DNA of 63,702 bases, counting the filler, from Atractiella rhizophila (taxonomy: Eukaryota): the NCBI GenBank assembly GCA_021432655.1. It is 5 parts of 5 records of this genome, joined end to end, with 100 filler letters (N's around TTAATTAATTAA, not from the genome) between each part and the next. Parts side by side here need not be neighbours in the genome. Positions count along the whole stretch, not along the records: positions 1 to 16,384 come from MU271904.1; 4 more parts are not named here. One strand, written 5' to 3'. Below, piece by piece: positions 1 through 12,939 of the stretch (its first letter is position 1; each line of letters opens with the position of its first letter). The notes under the pieces were generated by a model. The model ran no database searches, was not told the DNA's origin, and worked only from the letters and a program-made list of their open reading frames with translations. Both the position numbers and the translations under genes were made by a program.

Positions 1-966
1 AACCCATCCGTTTGTTGAAGGGTTGAAAGATGGGAGCTTGAGCCGAGAACGATTCGTACACTTCTTGCGACAAGGTGTCCATGTCTATTCTTGAGTTTGA
101 TGGTCATGGACTAACAGGAGGCAGATTATCTCTTCCTAATTCAGTATGCAAGAGTACATGCTCTTGCAGCCTATAAGGCTACAAACCTGGAAGGCAAGGT
201 GGCGTTGATGTTAGAGGCGGAGAGACTGAAGAAAGCTTGGACTAGACATCGAAGGCGCGATGAAGATCGTCGATACTATAGTGCACGAAAGTCGAAAACA
301 TATCGAAGTTTGACAATTCATTTCTTCTTCCACGCGATCTCACGTTGTTATCTTAGAAATGCAAGGGCTGGGGGTTCGTGTCGCCACAGATCTGTTTCAT
401 GACCATATCAATAGTACTTCGATAGGATCAGTGAAAGCGACTTCCGTTCCACTAGAGAATCAAACATGACAGTGTTCGTCTTCTCTTCTTGCTCTTCGCC
501 TGCCATCAGTTCAAGTAGCGGTACAGTGCTTACACTCGCTACGTTCTCGACGTCGGGAACAGCCAATCACTGCTTGCATTACGAGTCGCGACGTATCCAT
601 GCTTGCTCGGATACGGCGAAATGGGTTTATGGTTGGCAGAAGAGGTGCAGGATGACAATCCTTACCTTCCTTGGATTCGTGATTATGCTGGGGCAGAATT
701 TCAGCTGGTGACCAGTTTCCTGCTTAGCTTATGAGTCTTCATCTCACCATATTTGGTGTGCTGTTGCTAGGCTGTGAAAACGGGAAGAGATCTCCTAGAA
801 CGATCGGTGAGGGAGAGTCCGATTTCAGTGAAGGAGCTCGACAATTTGGTCAACATTTTTGGGAAAGCAACACAGTTGGAGATCGGTTTTTGGCAACAGG
901 CGTTCGTCTTTCTCTTTTTCAGTTCAGGGTCGTTGACGAAAGCGGCATAGCTGGGACATGACCTGA
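1..966 (+). CDS. TenA/Thi-4 (thiaminase II-like) domain protein, 5'-truncated by window edge (could be the C-terminal domain of a Thi20-like protein)
   Basis: Spliced reading gives HPFVEGLKDGSLSRERFVHFLRQDYLFLIQYARVHALAAYKA...YTRYVLDVG...CLLGYGEMG...WIRDYAGAEF...IFGKATQLEIGFWQQAWDMT*, matching TenA motifs (QDYxF, CxxGY, ExxFW); several short introns; stop TGA 964-966. Confidence 0.85.
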
Positions 967-1077
967 TGGTGAATCGCAAATTGGTTGGAGCATGGCGCAA
1001 ACCTTGTTACAAGTCGAAATAAAAAGACTCTCATGAAAGAGTCTGTAGAATGCATTACAAAATATTCCTGAATCTGT

Positions 1078-3996
1078 TCAACCCGCTGTGACATCCTCCT
1101 CTAACCCTTTAATACCTTTATACACACTCTCCCTCGGAATACCCCTCCACCGGCCCTCGCCGTCTTTTTGTGCAAAAAGGGGTCCTAACTTCTCCATCAC
1201 TTCCCTCCTCTTCCTCAACGCCGCCACTAGCGCTTCATCATCCACCTCTCCAAGTCCGGGAATCTTCTCCCCTTCTTCGCGCCGGCTCAATCTCGTTCCC
1301 CTCCGGTCACGATCCTTAGGCGCCCGCTCCCTCTTAAGTTGGCGCATTCGAGCCTTAAAGGCAGCTTCAATGATTGTATCGCACCCATCCAAAAGAGTCT
1401 GGTAATCTTGATACGCCAACCGGTCCTTGACACGAGAGAAAAGGACAGACTTCCGATGCTCGTTGATGTCCGACTGCTTCCGTAAGGCATCTTGGGCGAG
1501 TCGGAGGGCGATGGAAATCTCGTCATCCTCTCGACCTTGACCGCTACCTCCCACGCCGTCCTCCTCATCCAACAACCCCAATACGGCCAGTTCAGCCTTC
1601 AAGCTCTTATCCGCGACTGATCCACCCAGACTGGGAGCGGTCTTTCCAAACCTCACATTCTTCTTCCCACCCGGAGCGAGCGAAACATTGATTTGAGGTA
1701 GACCCGGATTGACGTTTGGCCGCGCTTCTCTCCTAACGCCTTCCAATCCCGCCTTCCAATCCCCAATCACCGCCCCCACAGCCCTCTCGGTCCATTCCTC
1801 CAAACCACGCTCCTCTCCAAACGCCCGTTCGCTCATCCACTCCCTCCTCATCACTCCTTTACGCAATCCTCCTGGCTCAGGTTCGGCATCCGCCAAACCC
1901 CAGACCTTTAGATAATGTTCCCCCTTTGGAGGCATCGCGAAGCTTTCTAATTCAGCGGAACTGGGAGAAGAGGATAAAAGACCGAGATCATCTTGTCCGA
2001 ATGGACGGAGGTAGAGCTCGACGTTGGCAGCAAAAGAGGAAAACGGGACTTGAGTTCCTTGTGAAGGTTTGTGGCCAGAGACCGTAAAGTCGATGTTGAC
2101 TTTAGATTGGGAAGAGGGATAAGGAGTTGGGGCTACCGAACGTGGAGGAGGAGGCAGAAGAGGAGGCGGATTGGCAAATGTTAGGCTTGCCAGCGAAGGG
2201 GGGAATGACAGAGTGGAAAGAGGGTCGAGCTTTTAGATGTCTACGTTAGCGGGTCCAGAGAGTAAAGCGATGGGACGAACCTTGGTCGGTTTCAAGCGAA
2301 GCTTGAGCTTTTTATTCTCTTCCTTTTTCTCTGCACCGTCACGTCCGCCTGCGACAGCTCCAACCTGAGATTGAAAACTCGAAGGTACAGCAGTTCTCTC
2401 CCCCGCAGAATCTTCCACAACCCTGACCTTGACTGGTCTCTCCCCATCCTCTGCCCTCGAGCCTTCCACCCCATCTTCAAATCGTCCTCCCGTCTGTATC
2501 GACATATCTTGTAAGTTTGTTTGAGTAAATGACGATTCCGGAGCTTTGTCGGCCTCAGCAGTCAAGGACGATGGAGTTGGAGGGGCTGCCGCAGCTGCGG
2601 AAGGAGGTAAAGGCGGGAGTTTGAAAGTGTCATCTTCTTCTCGTTTTCGTTTCACGCCAGCGACGTCGCTGAGCCTCCTCTTAACTTCTACTGCTGGCCG
2701 CGATGGCACCTGTTCACTCAACACGTTAGTGCGAAGGAGCAAGCAGGAAGGTTGCATACTTGGTGTGATGACGAGGGGACAATCAGTGGAGGCTTCTTCA
2801 GCTCGCCTGCAATAGGTCACGTTAGCTCTCTATCCAAGTTCACAATGTGATTGCAGCTTAAATTATGTATAGTCAATTCAGAGGAAATAAGTTGTGAAGT
2901 CAGTGAAAAGATCCAGCATTTGTTTAGATCACGACAAAACAGTAGTAATAGCCATTGTCATCATGATGGAGAAAGGTCAGATCGAAAGGAAGTAGTTTCA
3001 ATTGGATAGATATGAAAGAAACGCGTCAACTATCTTTGAGCGGTGCGTAGCTACTGGTCAGATCGTCAATGGCTCATGTGGAGACAATGATCGTAAAACG
3101 ACTAAGAGGTTATGCGTTGAAATGAGAAATGCTCATGTTATTCGTACTTCTTAAGACCGCCTCGTTTAGACTTGCTTTGGCTTAGACCAAGCATTCCAGT
3201 TAAATGTTAACTCCAACTTTGATGAACAGAAGTTAACTAAAACTGCAAGTGAGAGAAGCAGGAAAAAGTCATGAAGGCCAAGTGACGCCATTCTCTGTTG
3301 TTACAACATGCATCACAAATGATACAGCAAAGAGATGCTCCAATTCAATTCTGCGCTTTTTTCTCTCCTCCATGATTCTACTATGGAGCCAATCGCCTTT
3401 CATTCGATCACTCATGAAAGAGAGATACATCCCCACACAATGCAACACAGAAAACACACACCTGCGCCACCGGCACTGGTACTATTAGGTAGGCCTGGCA
3501 CGACCTCTCTCTTCAAAGGGCTCCCAACGCCAATACTCTCTGATCCAAACCCCGCGCCTGCTGTCCCAGCACCTCCCATCGCCCCTCCCCTGCCGCTAGG
3601 ACCCCCTGGCCGTCCGCTTCCTCTGGGCCTTCCCCTTTTGCCTGTCCCACGCTTAGGAGGGACCAGTTTAGGCACCTTCTCCGACTTGGGCTTGAGCGGG
3701 ATCTGGGAGTCATTGAGCGTCGGCGTCGCTGGAGGGTTGGTGATGGGCGGTCGGGGGGTGGTCGTGCCGGAACCCGGGGGCGGGAGGGTGGATGAGGAGT
3801 TTGAGGACGTGGGGGAGGAGGAGGAGGGGGAGAGGGACGAGAGCGAGGCTTTGACGGAGGACTTGAGCGTGATGAGATGGTCGGAGAGGGAGACGAGCTC
3901 GGAATGGGTCGGGATCGGTATCCGGTGTCGGAGGGCGAGGGGCGTGGCGGACGCGGAGGGAAGGGGAGTCGGTGGCGAGAGTTTGGGGCGCGTCAT
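1078..3996 (-). CDS. ADA3: SAGA/ADA histone acetyltransferase complex subunit Ada3 (Ngg1)
   Basis: C-terminal Ada3 domain DDEISIALRLAQDALRKQSDINEHRK...LAYQDYQTLLD and upstream QVPFSSFAANVELYLRPFGQDDL motif. First exon (ATG 3996) is joined via a GT..CTAAC..CAG intron 3461-2807; this 5' join is less certain than the family call. Confidence 0.8.
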
Positions 3997-4192
3997 CCTC
4001 CCGTGTCGTCCAGCGCGAATTCGTCAATCGTCGTTTGTTCGGAAACAGGCTGAGGGCACGCATCATCAGTCATCATCACTTCTCCACTACTGGCTGCGAC
4101 CACGCGCGACCGCCTGCGTCCTGCGTGATTTACTTCCACTGTCAAACGTAACAGTTGAAACAGGCTTCTGAGAAGCGTGGCGGAAAGCTAAA

Positions 4193-7100
4193 ATGTTCTC
4201 GGGCTTGAACCTCAAAAATTTAGGCGAGAGGTTCGTCTGGCCTTCTGCCACTTCATTGTAGAGTCTGACGCTTTGTGCTTCTGCAAATCAAATACAGGCT
4301 CAATGCTGGCCTACAAGACCTCGAATCGACGCTGCAAAGCCATGCAAACCATTCATCGCAACACTCACAACATCCAACTCCGCAACAACACCACCAGCAA
4401 CTCCCACCGAGGTCCTTCGGCACCCCTCCCCCTCCTCCGAGACAACAGACCTCCACTCCGCCGCCCACCTCTCCCACCTCTCCTTCGGCTCAGGGCGGAC
4501 AAACGCCACAGCAGTTGGCGGAGAATGCGCTCGCCAATCTGAGGAGGAACTTGATCAAAGGCAGGAACGCTGGCAATGCAGGGAGGGAGAGCAGCTCCGG
4601 AAGCGCAGCCAGTTCCTTGGATGGTGGTCGACCCGGTAGCCCGAGACATCCTCCTCCTTCACCTCTTCCGCCAGTCCCTTCAACTGTTGCCGCTAACGGA
4701 CATCCTCCACCTCCACCTCAACCTGTCGCAGCACCCCCGCAGGAGGAGAAACATCCGCTTATGGCAGGGTTTGAGAAAGATGATCAATTCTCCATCGGCT
4801 CGTCATTCACGACGACGCCTGCTAGGACTCCTGGACTCGGCGGTCCACCCGGAGTGGGCATTTCGCCTGCCACTACGCCGCCTCTTCCTGTTTCAACCCC
4901 CGTTTTGGACGGCGTGACTACCAACGAGACGAAAGAGGCAGAGGCAGAGGCTGGAGAGAATGCGGAGCAGGATGTCCCTGTTGTTAACCCGTCAAATAAC
5001 GAACAACAGGCTGCGGAAGCGTCCACGTCTCCACCCAGTGATGCGGCACTGAAGGTTCGAAAGTCTGAAGAGTCGGTGGGAGAGGTAGAATCTGGAGAGC
5101 CGAGGAGTAATATCACCGCGACTCCGTCACCGCCACCACACGAGGACCAGCCTACGTCCCTTCTTCCACGTCCTTCTACTCCTCCTTCGACCACTCCCGC
5201 AAGTACTCCCTTTACAGACACGCCTCCAACCACGACTACGCCTCCTCCACCAGATCCAAAACCTCTACAACAGGCTGCGGAAGCGTCGACGTCTCTACCC
5301 AGTGATGCGGCCCTAAAGGTTCGAAAGTCTGAAGAGTCGGTGGGGCCTACGGAGGTGGGAGAGGTAGAATCTGAAGAGCCAAAGAGTAATATCACCACGA
5401 CTCCGTCACCGCCACCACACGAGGACCAGCCTACGTCCCCTCTTCCACGTCCTTCTACTCCTCCTTCGACCACTCCCGCAAGTACTCCCTTTACAGACAC
5501 GCCTCCAACCACGACTACGCCTCCTCCACCGGATACAAAACCTCTTCCTCCGGCATCAACAGAGAGACAGCTTTCCCTCCCTCCCCCTTCTCCACCCTCA
5601 AAATCACCCATCTCTCCCCTCCCCTCCTCCGAACTTTGGCGCAACGCCAGCGATCCTCTCTCCTCCTCAGTCCCTATCCTCCCTTCTCAAACCTCCTCCA
5701 AAACTCCTCCTCCACCCGCCAAACCCATCACTTCACCCAACGCATCCGTCTCCCCTCCACCCGCTGAGCATTCCTCTCCTCCAATCCCAAGCAAATCACC
5801 CCTCGGTAGCGCCGCAGGAGGGTCCCTCGCCGCAGAGATCCACCTCGAAGCCCTCACCCAAATCTTCGCCTCCCTACCCATCCCCCTCAACGACCTCAAA
5901 GACCTCTCTCGAGTCTCCACACACCTTCACGGCCTCTGTTCCTCCGCACAATCCGCCACGTCCACCATCGAGAACCTCGGCCGGGAAATATCTCGAGCGG
6001 AAGAGCGGCTGGAGAGCGTGCGGGACGTGCATCGTGCAGAGGTCGACTCTTTGAGGGAGGAGAAAGAGGGGGCGGTGGCCAGGTTGGCGAGTGTGGAGAA
6101 GGAGGTGGAGAAGATGAAGGGGGAGATTAAAGAGGAAGAAGAGAAGAGGATCAAGAGCGTAAACCTCCTGAAGGCCGTTCGTCAGAAACTCGTCAAGGCG
6201 GATAAAGACGTCGAGGACTTGAACGCCATTTTGAAGAAGAAGGAGGAGGAGCTCATTCTCGTCAAGGCCGAGAAGGAGAATACAGTGTCGAGGCTAAGGG
6301 CTACTTTCGAGAGGGAGTTAGACGAGGCGAGGAAAGGGTTTGAGAGAGAACTCGGACAGAGGAGGGGTCAGATGGAGCTAGAAATTGTTACCCTACGTGC
6401 TGGACACGGGAGGGAGATCAAGGGTGCGCAGGAGCGTGTCAATTTGCTCGAGAAGGAACTTAGAGACGAGAGGGAGCGAAATGAACGCCTGAGCGGGGAG
6501 GTGGACGAGATGAAAGGCGCCGTTGAGGCTGCGCGGCAAGAATTGGAAAAGGAGAGAGAGAGGGCAAACGAACTCGAGTGGGCAGCGAGAGAGGGGAGGG
6601 ATAAAATTGGAGAGTTGGAGGCGCTGCTGGAAGAGAGGAGAGGAGGGGGAGGGGAGGAAGAACGAAAAGAGGAGATGGAACGACTCAGTAAGACACATGC
6701 CCTGGCGATGGATGGCGTGTTGGAGCGCTTAAGGATTGCGGAGAAAGAAAGGAGGGAGAACGAGGAGGAGATGGGAAGGAATCTCAGGGGAAGGATGGAG
6801 GAGGTCGAGAAACTAAGGAGGGAGATCCGCAGAAAAGAGATGGAATATGAAGCGTCTGTCGGCGCCAAGAGGGAGTGGGATAAGGCGATGGAGGAGGAAA
6901 AAAGCAGGAGTGAGAAGTTGGAACAAACTTTGAAAGAGAAGGAGACGGAACTGGAGGAGGCGAGGAGGGAAGCGGAAGAGGGAAGATCTAATGAAGCCGC
7001 GACGAAAGAGGCACTAGGAGAGGTGCTGAGGAAGTTGGAGAAGACGGAAGAGTCTTACGAAGAGATGACAAACGCGTATTCTCAACTCAAATCCACTAAC

Positions 7101-7613
7101 AAGGTAAATTTATTCCACTTCCTGGTTTTGCGACTCTCATATGCATGCGCTGGCTTATAACAGAGTCTACAAGAGAAACTACGGCGTCTACAATCCTCAG
7201 TCTTCCTCTCGGAAGAGAACAGAAATCCAGGCGTGGGATATTTTAGCTCCTTCTCCCGTTCGTCCACCACACTCCCTTCCAATCCATCCTCTCCACTTCC
7301 AACCGCCAAACCAACATCCACAACCGAAATCGGATCACAACCTTCTGTTCCTGCCTCCGAGAGGGCGAGCGAGGACAGTACTCCGGTATCGAACAAAGAG
7401 AAGGAGAGCGACGAAGCCCTCAACTTTGAGTATTTGAGGAATGTTATCATGCAGTTCTTGGATAAGAAGGAAATGAGGGTACGTCCTCCTTTTCCCTGCG
7501 GAACCACTGCTCAGGAACTCTGCTAGCCGCATCTTGTTAACGTCCTGGGGACGGTTTTGCATTTTACACCTCAAGAAGTGAGACGTTTGAAAGCCAAGGT
7601 GGCTACTAGCTAG
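4193..7613 (+). CDS. GRIP-domain trans-Golgi coiled-coil golgin (Imh1-like) with long Pro/Ser/Thr-rich N-terminal half
   Basis: ATG 4193 (MFSGLNLKNLGER|LNAG), long Glu/Arg coiled coil, C-terminal GRIP signature NFEYLRNVIMQFLDKKEMR|PHLVNVLGTVLHFTPQEVRRL; stop TAG 7611-7613. Confidence 0.85.
5004..5546 (+). repeat. In-frame intragenic tandem duplication (264 + 279 bp) in the golgin
   Basis: QQAAEASTS(P/L)PSDAALKVRKSEESVG...TPPTTTTPPPPD(P/T)KPL occurs twice (5004-5267, 5268-5546); the second copy has a 15-bp insertion (PTEVG). Confidence 0.95.
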
Positions 7614-7884
7614 GGAGATGTTCGCTTTTCTAGGCCTCATCGAAGCATGTCGTAGTATTCATGGAAGACAATTTGATTCAATTCGCTCGCTCTTCCCGAG
7701 TCGTAATGGGTTGATTGCAATGGAAACGAGATGGATTGCATGTGCCTTTTACATATGAACTGATGGTCGAACTGAATCACGAAAGGAAGAGACTCCAATA
7801 CCTTACGACAACATAAATACGAATCTTAGACCGTTTGAATGTCCATGCAGGTGTGTTGTGATGTGATGTGATGCCTTCTTGTCA

Positions 7885-10648
7885 TCACTCTGCACCAAGC
7901 CTAGGAGACTTGGTATTCAAAGCTCCAAAGCATTCTCTGCAGACCGCCTTCTCTGCTTTCCCTTTTGGATTATCATACTCTACCACCCTCGCACCACTAT
8001 CTAAAGCTTTTCCACACCCAACTCCTCTTCTACCACCGGCCGAACACTTCAGACAAGACCCATGCCACTATTATCCACCTAACATCAGAAATGGTTTGTC
8101 AAAATGATCGCAAATGACGAACCCTCTGTCCTTTTGGACCATTCACTGTCTCTCTAACTGTGGCGGGTATAAGGCAAGAAGGGCAGGGAGGCAGTCCCCC
8201 TAGCTTCCTGAGAACGGGAGCTCGCTCCTTCTTTCCGTCATCGTGCGCAAACATTCCCAAGGAAGGAGAAGGACTTGTAGGAGTATAAGGATAGGAAGGG
8301 TGTTGATATGGTCTTGGCGTGATCACTGGAGGTGTGTAGGTGGTTGTAGGAGACTTGATTTGCGTAGATGATGTAGAGGTGGTAGAAGAGAAGGAGGAAG
8401 TGTAGGTCCTTGGAACGTATGGCTTCTGGGTCGCCGGTGCAGGTTGAGATGGAACCGGTCGACTAGAGGTGAGAGGCATATGGAGTGGCGAAGCGCACTG
8501 ATGACAGAAGTATTAGGACAGATCGACCCAAGGGAAAAAGTGATACAAACCTCGACGTGAACGGCTCCCCATCCTTCCTCCTCGACGTATCTTCCCCCGC
8601 CTTTTTCCTCAAAGCCAATGCCGCACTTCCCGCACCGGAAACACTCCAAGTGATACATATCTCCTGAATTCCTGAGCGTCAGAAATCGCGTCTCTCCTTC
8701 TTTCACTGAATCAATGGAAAAGAGATTGTTTCCACAGCCTTTGCAGGAAGACTTCATCGGGTCCGGACTGGCCGTCGCTGAAGGAAACATGTTCATTGAT
8801 TTTGAACGGGCGTTATGACTGAAGCGTGGACCCTTAGAAATCGGAGCGTCTGAACTAGAGGACAAGGTCGAGTCGAAGCGTTCCTGTTGTCGGGGAAACA
8901 GAACTTTCGGAGGCGTTGGGACGTCTGAATCTGCAGCAGACGTCGACTTGGACCGTGTGGTGGGAATTGCTGCAGGCTTTTTCGTAATAGCGGGCTCTCC
9001 AAATTTCTTTCTCATCTCGTTCACTACTGACGGAGATAGTGGGCTATTTACTCTTTCCGGTCTCATTTCATCCTTCTCTTCCGCATCCACTACAGGGAAA
9101 GGGACACGTTCTGTATCCACGGTCAAGCCGACTTGAGGGGACGTCCGTCCAAACGATGAGGGGGAGGAAACTGTGGGGGACTGTAACATTGGAGCCAGAG
9201 GAGAGGCACGACTAGTGATGGGATTGCTATTCTCTCGGGTGATATTTCGAGTAGGCAAGGAAGACTCGGAGCTGGTGGATTGCATAGATGCGGCGTGGCC
9301 AGCAGCAAAGTTTGAGGAACGTGATGCGACGGGGGGCGGAAATGTCGAAGTAGTGTGATGTCGTATCGGTTCTTTGCTGGCAACAGGAGAACTGATCGGA
9401 TTTGATCTGTCCCACCGCGACCTCTCGGAAGCGTCAATCCTTGATCGTTCATCGAAGCTCTCCTTTCTGCTTCTGGTTCCAAGCGCAGGCTCCGACCACT
9501 TCTTTCTCCTTTCCGCTTCCCCAACGGTCTCGCTCAACCTTGGAACAGTCGGTCTGCTAGTCCCAGATCCGCCAAGCGACATCCTCAAGTCTCGAGGGAA
9601 GTCGGTGCTCGCTCCTAATCGGCTGCCACCAACTGGGGACGACTTCTGGATGCCAACGGCAGGGGACGACTGAAGGAACGCGCCTTTGTCAAAGCACGCT
9701 TCACAGCAAAGGAGTCCGAAAGGGTCCACAGTCGGATTGTTGAATATATTCTTCCGAGATTCGCAGTAGTGGCAGAAGCAGCAGGACTTGTGCCAGAAGC
9801 GTTTCTTGATCTCACCATTTGGCGCGCGAGTGTTATGCATAACAAATTTCTCATCTCCAAGAATCCCCTTTTGACAGTTATCGCTGCGTGTACCGATCAG
9901 CTGGTGTTACATGAGGAGAGGGCTTCCTACCAGTCGCCTTTACTGAATCTGGCGGCAAAACAATCTTTACAATAGAAGATATTCTCCAATGCTGGATCGT
10001 CCTTCGCTCCAGGATCGGGATATATAGTTGCATCCTGGAACAGCCATGAAGCAATTTCATCAGAAAACCAGGAGCCTCACTCTTTGAAAAATACCACCAC
10101 ATTGCCAACAACGATGCTTCTCCCTTTCCTCCAGAGGATCCAGCACGCTTCCAAACACCCGGGTCAATACTTCTTCCTCCACTTCCTCTTCTTCTTCGAT
10201 GGTAGTCTTACCACGTCCGTGAACCGAAGAATTGCGTGGGAGAGATGATGAATCTATGTTATCTATCGGATGTAGGACGTCGGGTGATGAGCGTGAGCTC
10301 CGACTGCTGCCAACTGAAGAGGGAAAGGATGCCGACTGAATGGACGATCGTGAAGAACCGTTCAACGACACTCTTGAATGTTCGAGTGAAGCACGAGGAG
10401 ACGGCGATGGCGTCCTTGAGAACCGTCGCTTTTGAACGTAACTTTGGAACGAGGCACATTTGAACCGTCTATATAAAGTGATAAGGAACGTACCTTTTCG
10501 CCCATTTATCGACAACTGCGCCACCTTCATCCCTCTGCATTGCCAACATCTTCTGGACTTTGGAAACGGTAGACGATCCACCACATTTGTTGCACTTGTT
10601 ACTTCCGTTTGCCGGGATGAGATCCCCACACCTACTGCAGACTCCCAT
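7885..10648 (-). CDS. Multi-LIM/zinc-finger protein
   Basis: Starts MGVCSRCGDLIP...KCNKCGG; LIM-like units CWQC...YCKDC, CDNC...WHKSCCFCHYC...LCCEAC, CKGC...YHLECFRCGKC...HVEC, CPSC...WHGSCLKC...VCREC, separated by Ser/Pro-rich linkers; canonical introns. Confidence 0.75.
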
Positions 10649-11675
10649 GTTTCTTTATTACCCAAGACACAAATAAATGCGAGCGTTTTGGAGCTGTATT
10701 GACGAAATCGAAGCACGTCTTGGTACCAGCAGAGGGATGAGAAGGTATGTTGTTTAGGGGTTGTGGTTGTGACTGGTTGGAAGTTGAAAGAACCGCAGCG
10801 TGAGTCACCATCGGACGCGTCGCTTAAAATTGCCACCCTGAATCCCAACTTCAATCGATTTCTGAAGAGGGATGTGGCAAACCAATCATCAAGGGCTGGG
10901 ATAGCATAGGCACGGTAATCTTTAAGAGGTTGATGTGGAAAGAACGCAATCAGGAGGAATGTGTCGAGAAAGAGAGCTCAGCGAAATTGGTGGGTCGGTT
11001 CTATGTTCAAATGACTTCCTCGTTTGGATTACTTTATGGGAGCATTATCGGTTCTCAATACTCGGTGTTCATTTGCTTTATTGAGGCCGCTTGTGTATCC
11101 TCAGATGAATCCCGAAATCTGGGGATCTAAGATGCATTTTCGTCCAAATTCACTGCGTTTAACTTCAGTGATGATAATGAATTTGTTAGTTGAAGCTAGT
11201 TGACACCATGCGGCACGTTTGGCTTACATGCTTCCTATTCCGTGGTGTAAAAGTCCTAGGATGAAGCTGGAAAGATGGTGCAAAAGTCATAGGATGGGGC
11301 TGGAAAGGTCCGTCCGAAAAGCCGTATATTTGGGGTATAGAAGGAGGCTTCAGAACGTAACTCCTGCGTTGGAGGAGCCAGACTCTCAGAGATATTGTAT
11401 ACAATTGCCGTTAAAATCTGAGGAGAGATACAAATGTTTTGTTAATCGTCGCGTAGCGTCGATCATGAGGGTGGTGACGATGGGGTGGAGAACGCTGAGA
11501 CTGAGAACCACTGACCCGAGACTGAGAGAACCGCTACATAACATGCTTTGACAACACCGTTAATACCTATGATAAAACCCTAGCACATCCTCAGACAATC
11601 TCTTGAAACATCTTGGGAGAGAAGTAGTGGCGTACCGGAATGCATTGTTTAGGAGGCGTTTTTGACGCATCCTCT

Positions 11676-12939
11676 TCATTTTTCTTCACACCTCTTGCAA
11701 CGAGAGCAGAGGTGCTCCTTCTTGTTTAATTCTTCCTGCATTTGTTCCTTCTCCAACTTTAAATTGTCAATCACCAACTTGAGACCTTCATTTTGTCCAT
11801 GGAGCTCCTGCACTTCTGCACTCGCCAAAACGAGCTCTAGACTTGGTCATCATGTTTGGACGGAGGCTGCTTACGAGCCGTCAGGTTCTCCACCCAGACC
11901 TTTTTCTTCAAACGAGACTTGGTCGCGCTTATTCGATTTTTGTGGCGTCTTTCTTCCGGCGTCTCTGTGAGCTTAAGAGGAAGCTTTTTCGATCGATACA
12001 TGATGGGAGAGGAGTTTGGATGTGGGATCTAGATCAAACAAGTCAATCCGAGAGAGGATAGTATTGGAAGAGACTTGCTAGTTGAGCGTGAAAGCTTTGC
12101 TCTTCAGGAGAACCATCGAATCCAGGGGATTCGTCTCCTTCATTTGAACTCGCGGCGATCTCTTCGGACGACACTCCCGTTGTCCAGCTGAGCTGTCGAT
12201 TACCTTCGCCCCAAGCCCTATCTTGAACATTGCGCACAGATGACGTGTTGAGATCTAGTCCAGGAAGAGGGAGGTGTGGAGTGAAAGCAGTCGGCGAAGC
12301 ATCGATCTGATTTATGATTATGGGATAAGGGTTGTAGAAATGAACGGGAGGCATGTTCTGCAGCTCGACTTCTTTCAGTATGGGAACATTATATCTCTAA
12401 GACACCAACCAAAGAGGACGTCTCTTGAGGGTTGGTTCCCTCGTTCGGCATGTCTTGAGAAACCACGTAAGAAATAGGCGGACGGTCATTAGTCTCTTGG
12501 CGTCTCTCATTCAATGCTTGCTGCTGGGTCGACATTTCGAATAACTGACTGTCGAAGGATTGCTCACAAGGAACGTGAGAATGAAATGGAGAAATGAAGG
12601 AGGGTGACAAAGAGTTTCCGATGGTGCTTGTGGAACGTATGTCCGTGACAAAGTATTCAGGATGCGAAAATTCGTCGCGAGCACTGTGTGAGGAGCCTTT
12701 CTCAAAGCCTTCAGCTTAGTATGAGCGAAAGAGAAGGGAAAAGAGGAAGATTGTTGCGCACCAAGAGAGCCTTCAGGTAGCGCTTTAGCGTATCCGTTTG
12801 AGTTGGGGAACCCAGAATCGAGGGGCTGGTTTTGATCAACCCAAAGTCCAGTTGCAGCCACAACCCCGCTCAAGGTGTAGGCTCGCGGGTCGAGCCCGCT
12901 ATCTGGCAGCCAGGCTCCACCGTTTGAGGGGAGCGACAT
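11676..12939 (-). CDS. bZIP transcription factor (ATF/CREB-like), paralogue 1
   Basis: Spliced: KLTETPEERRHKNRISATKSRLKKKVWVENLTA|QLVLASAEVQELHGQNEGLKLVIDNLKLEKEQMQEELNKKEHLCSRCKRCEEK*; NxxSAxKSR basic region plus heptads. 5' exons less certain. Confidence 0.8.

Noticed and set aside
1..966. TPP riboswitch in the thiamine-related TenA gene
   Set aside because: The visible introns are short and lack the CTGAGA/CTGAT..TAAT aptamer core; the 5' end is outside the window.
2878..2964. Box C (ATGATGA) ... box D (CTGA) on the minus strand in the ADA3 intron
   Set aside because: No terminal stem and no rRNA/snRNA complementarity that I could recognise; kept only as part of the long-intron note.
7739..7760. 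GCCTTTTAC in a short hairpin resembling U5 snRNA loop I
   Set aside because: No downstream CCG internal loop or Sm site; it lies in convergent 3' UTRs and is probably chance.
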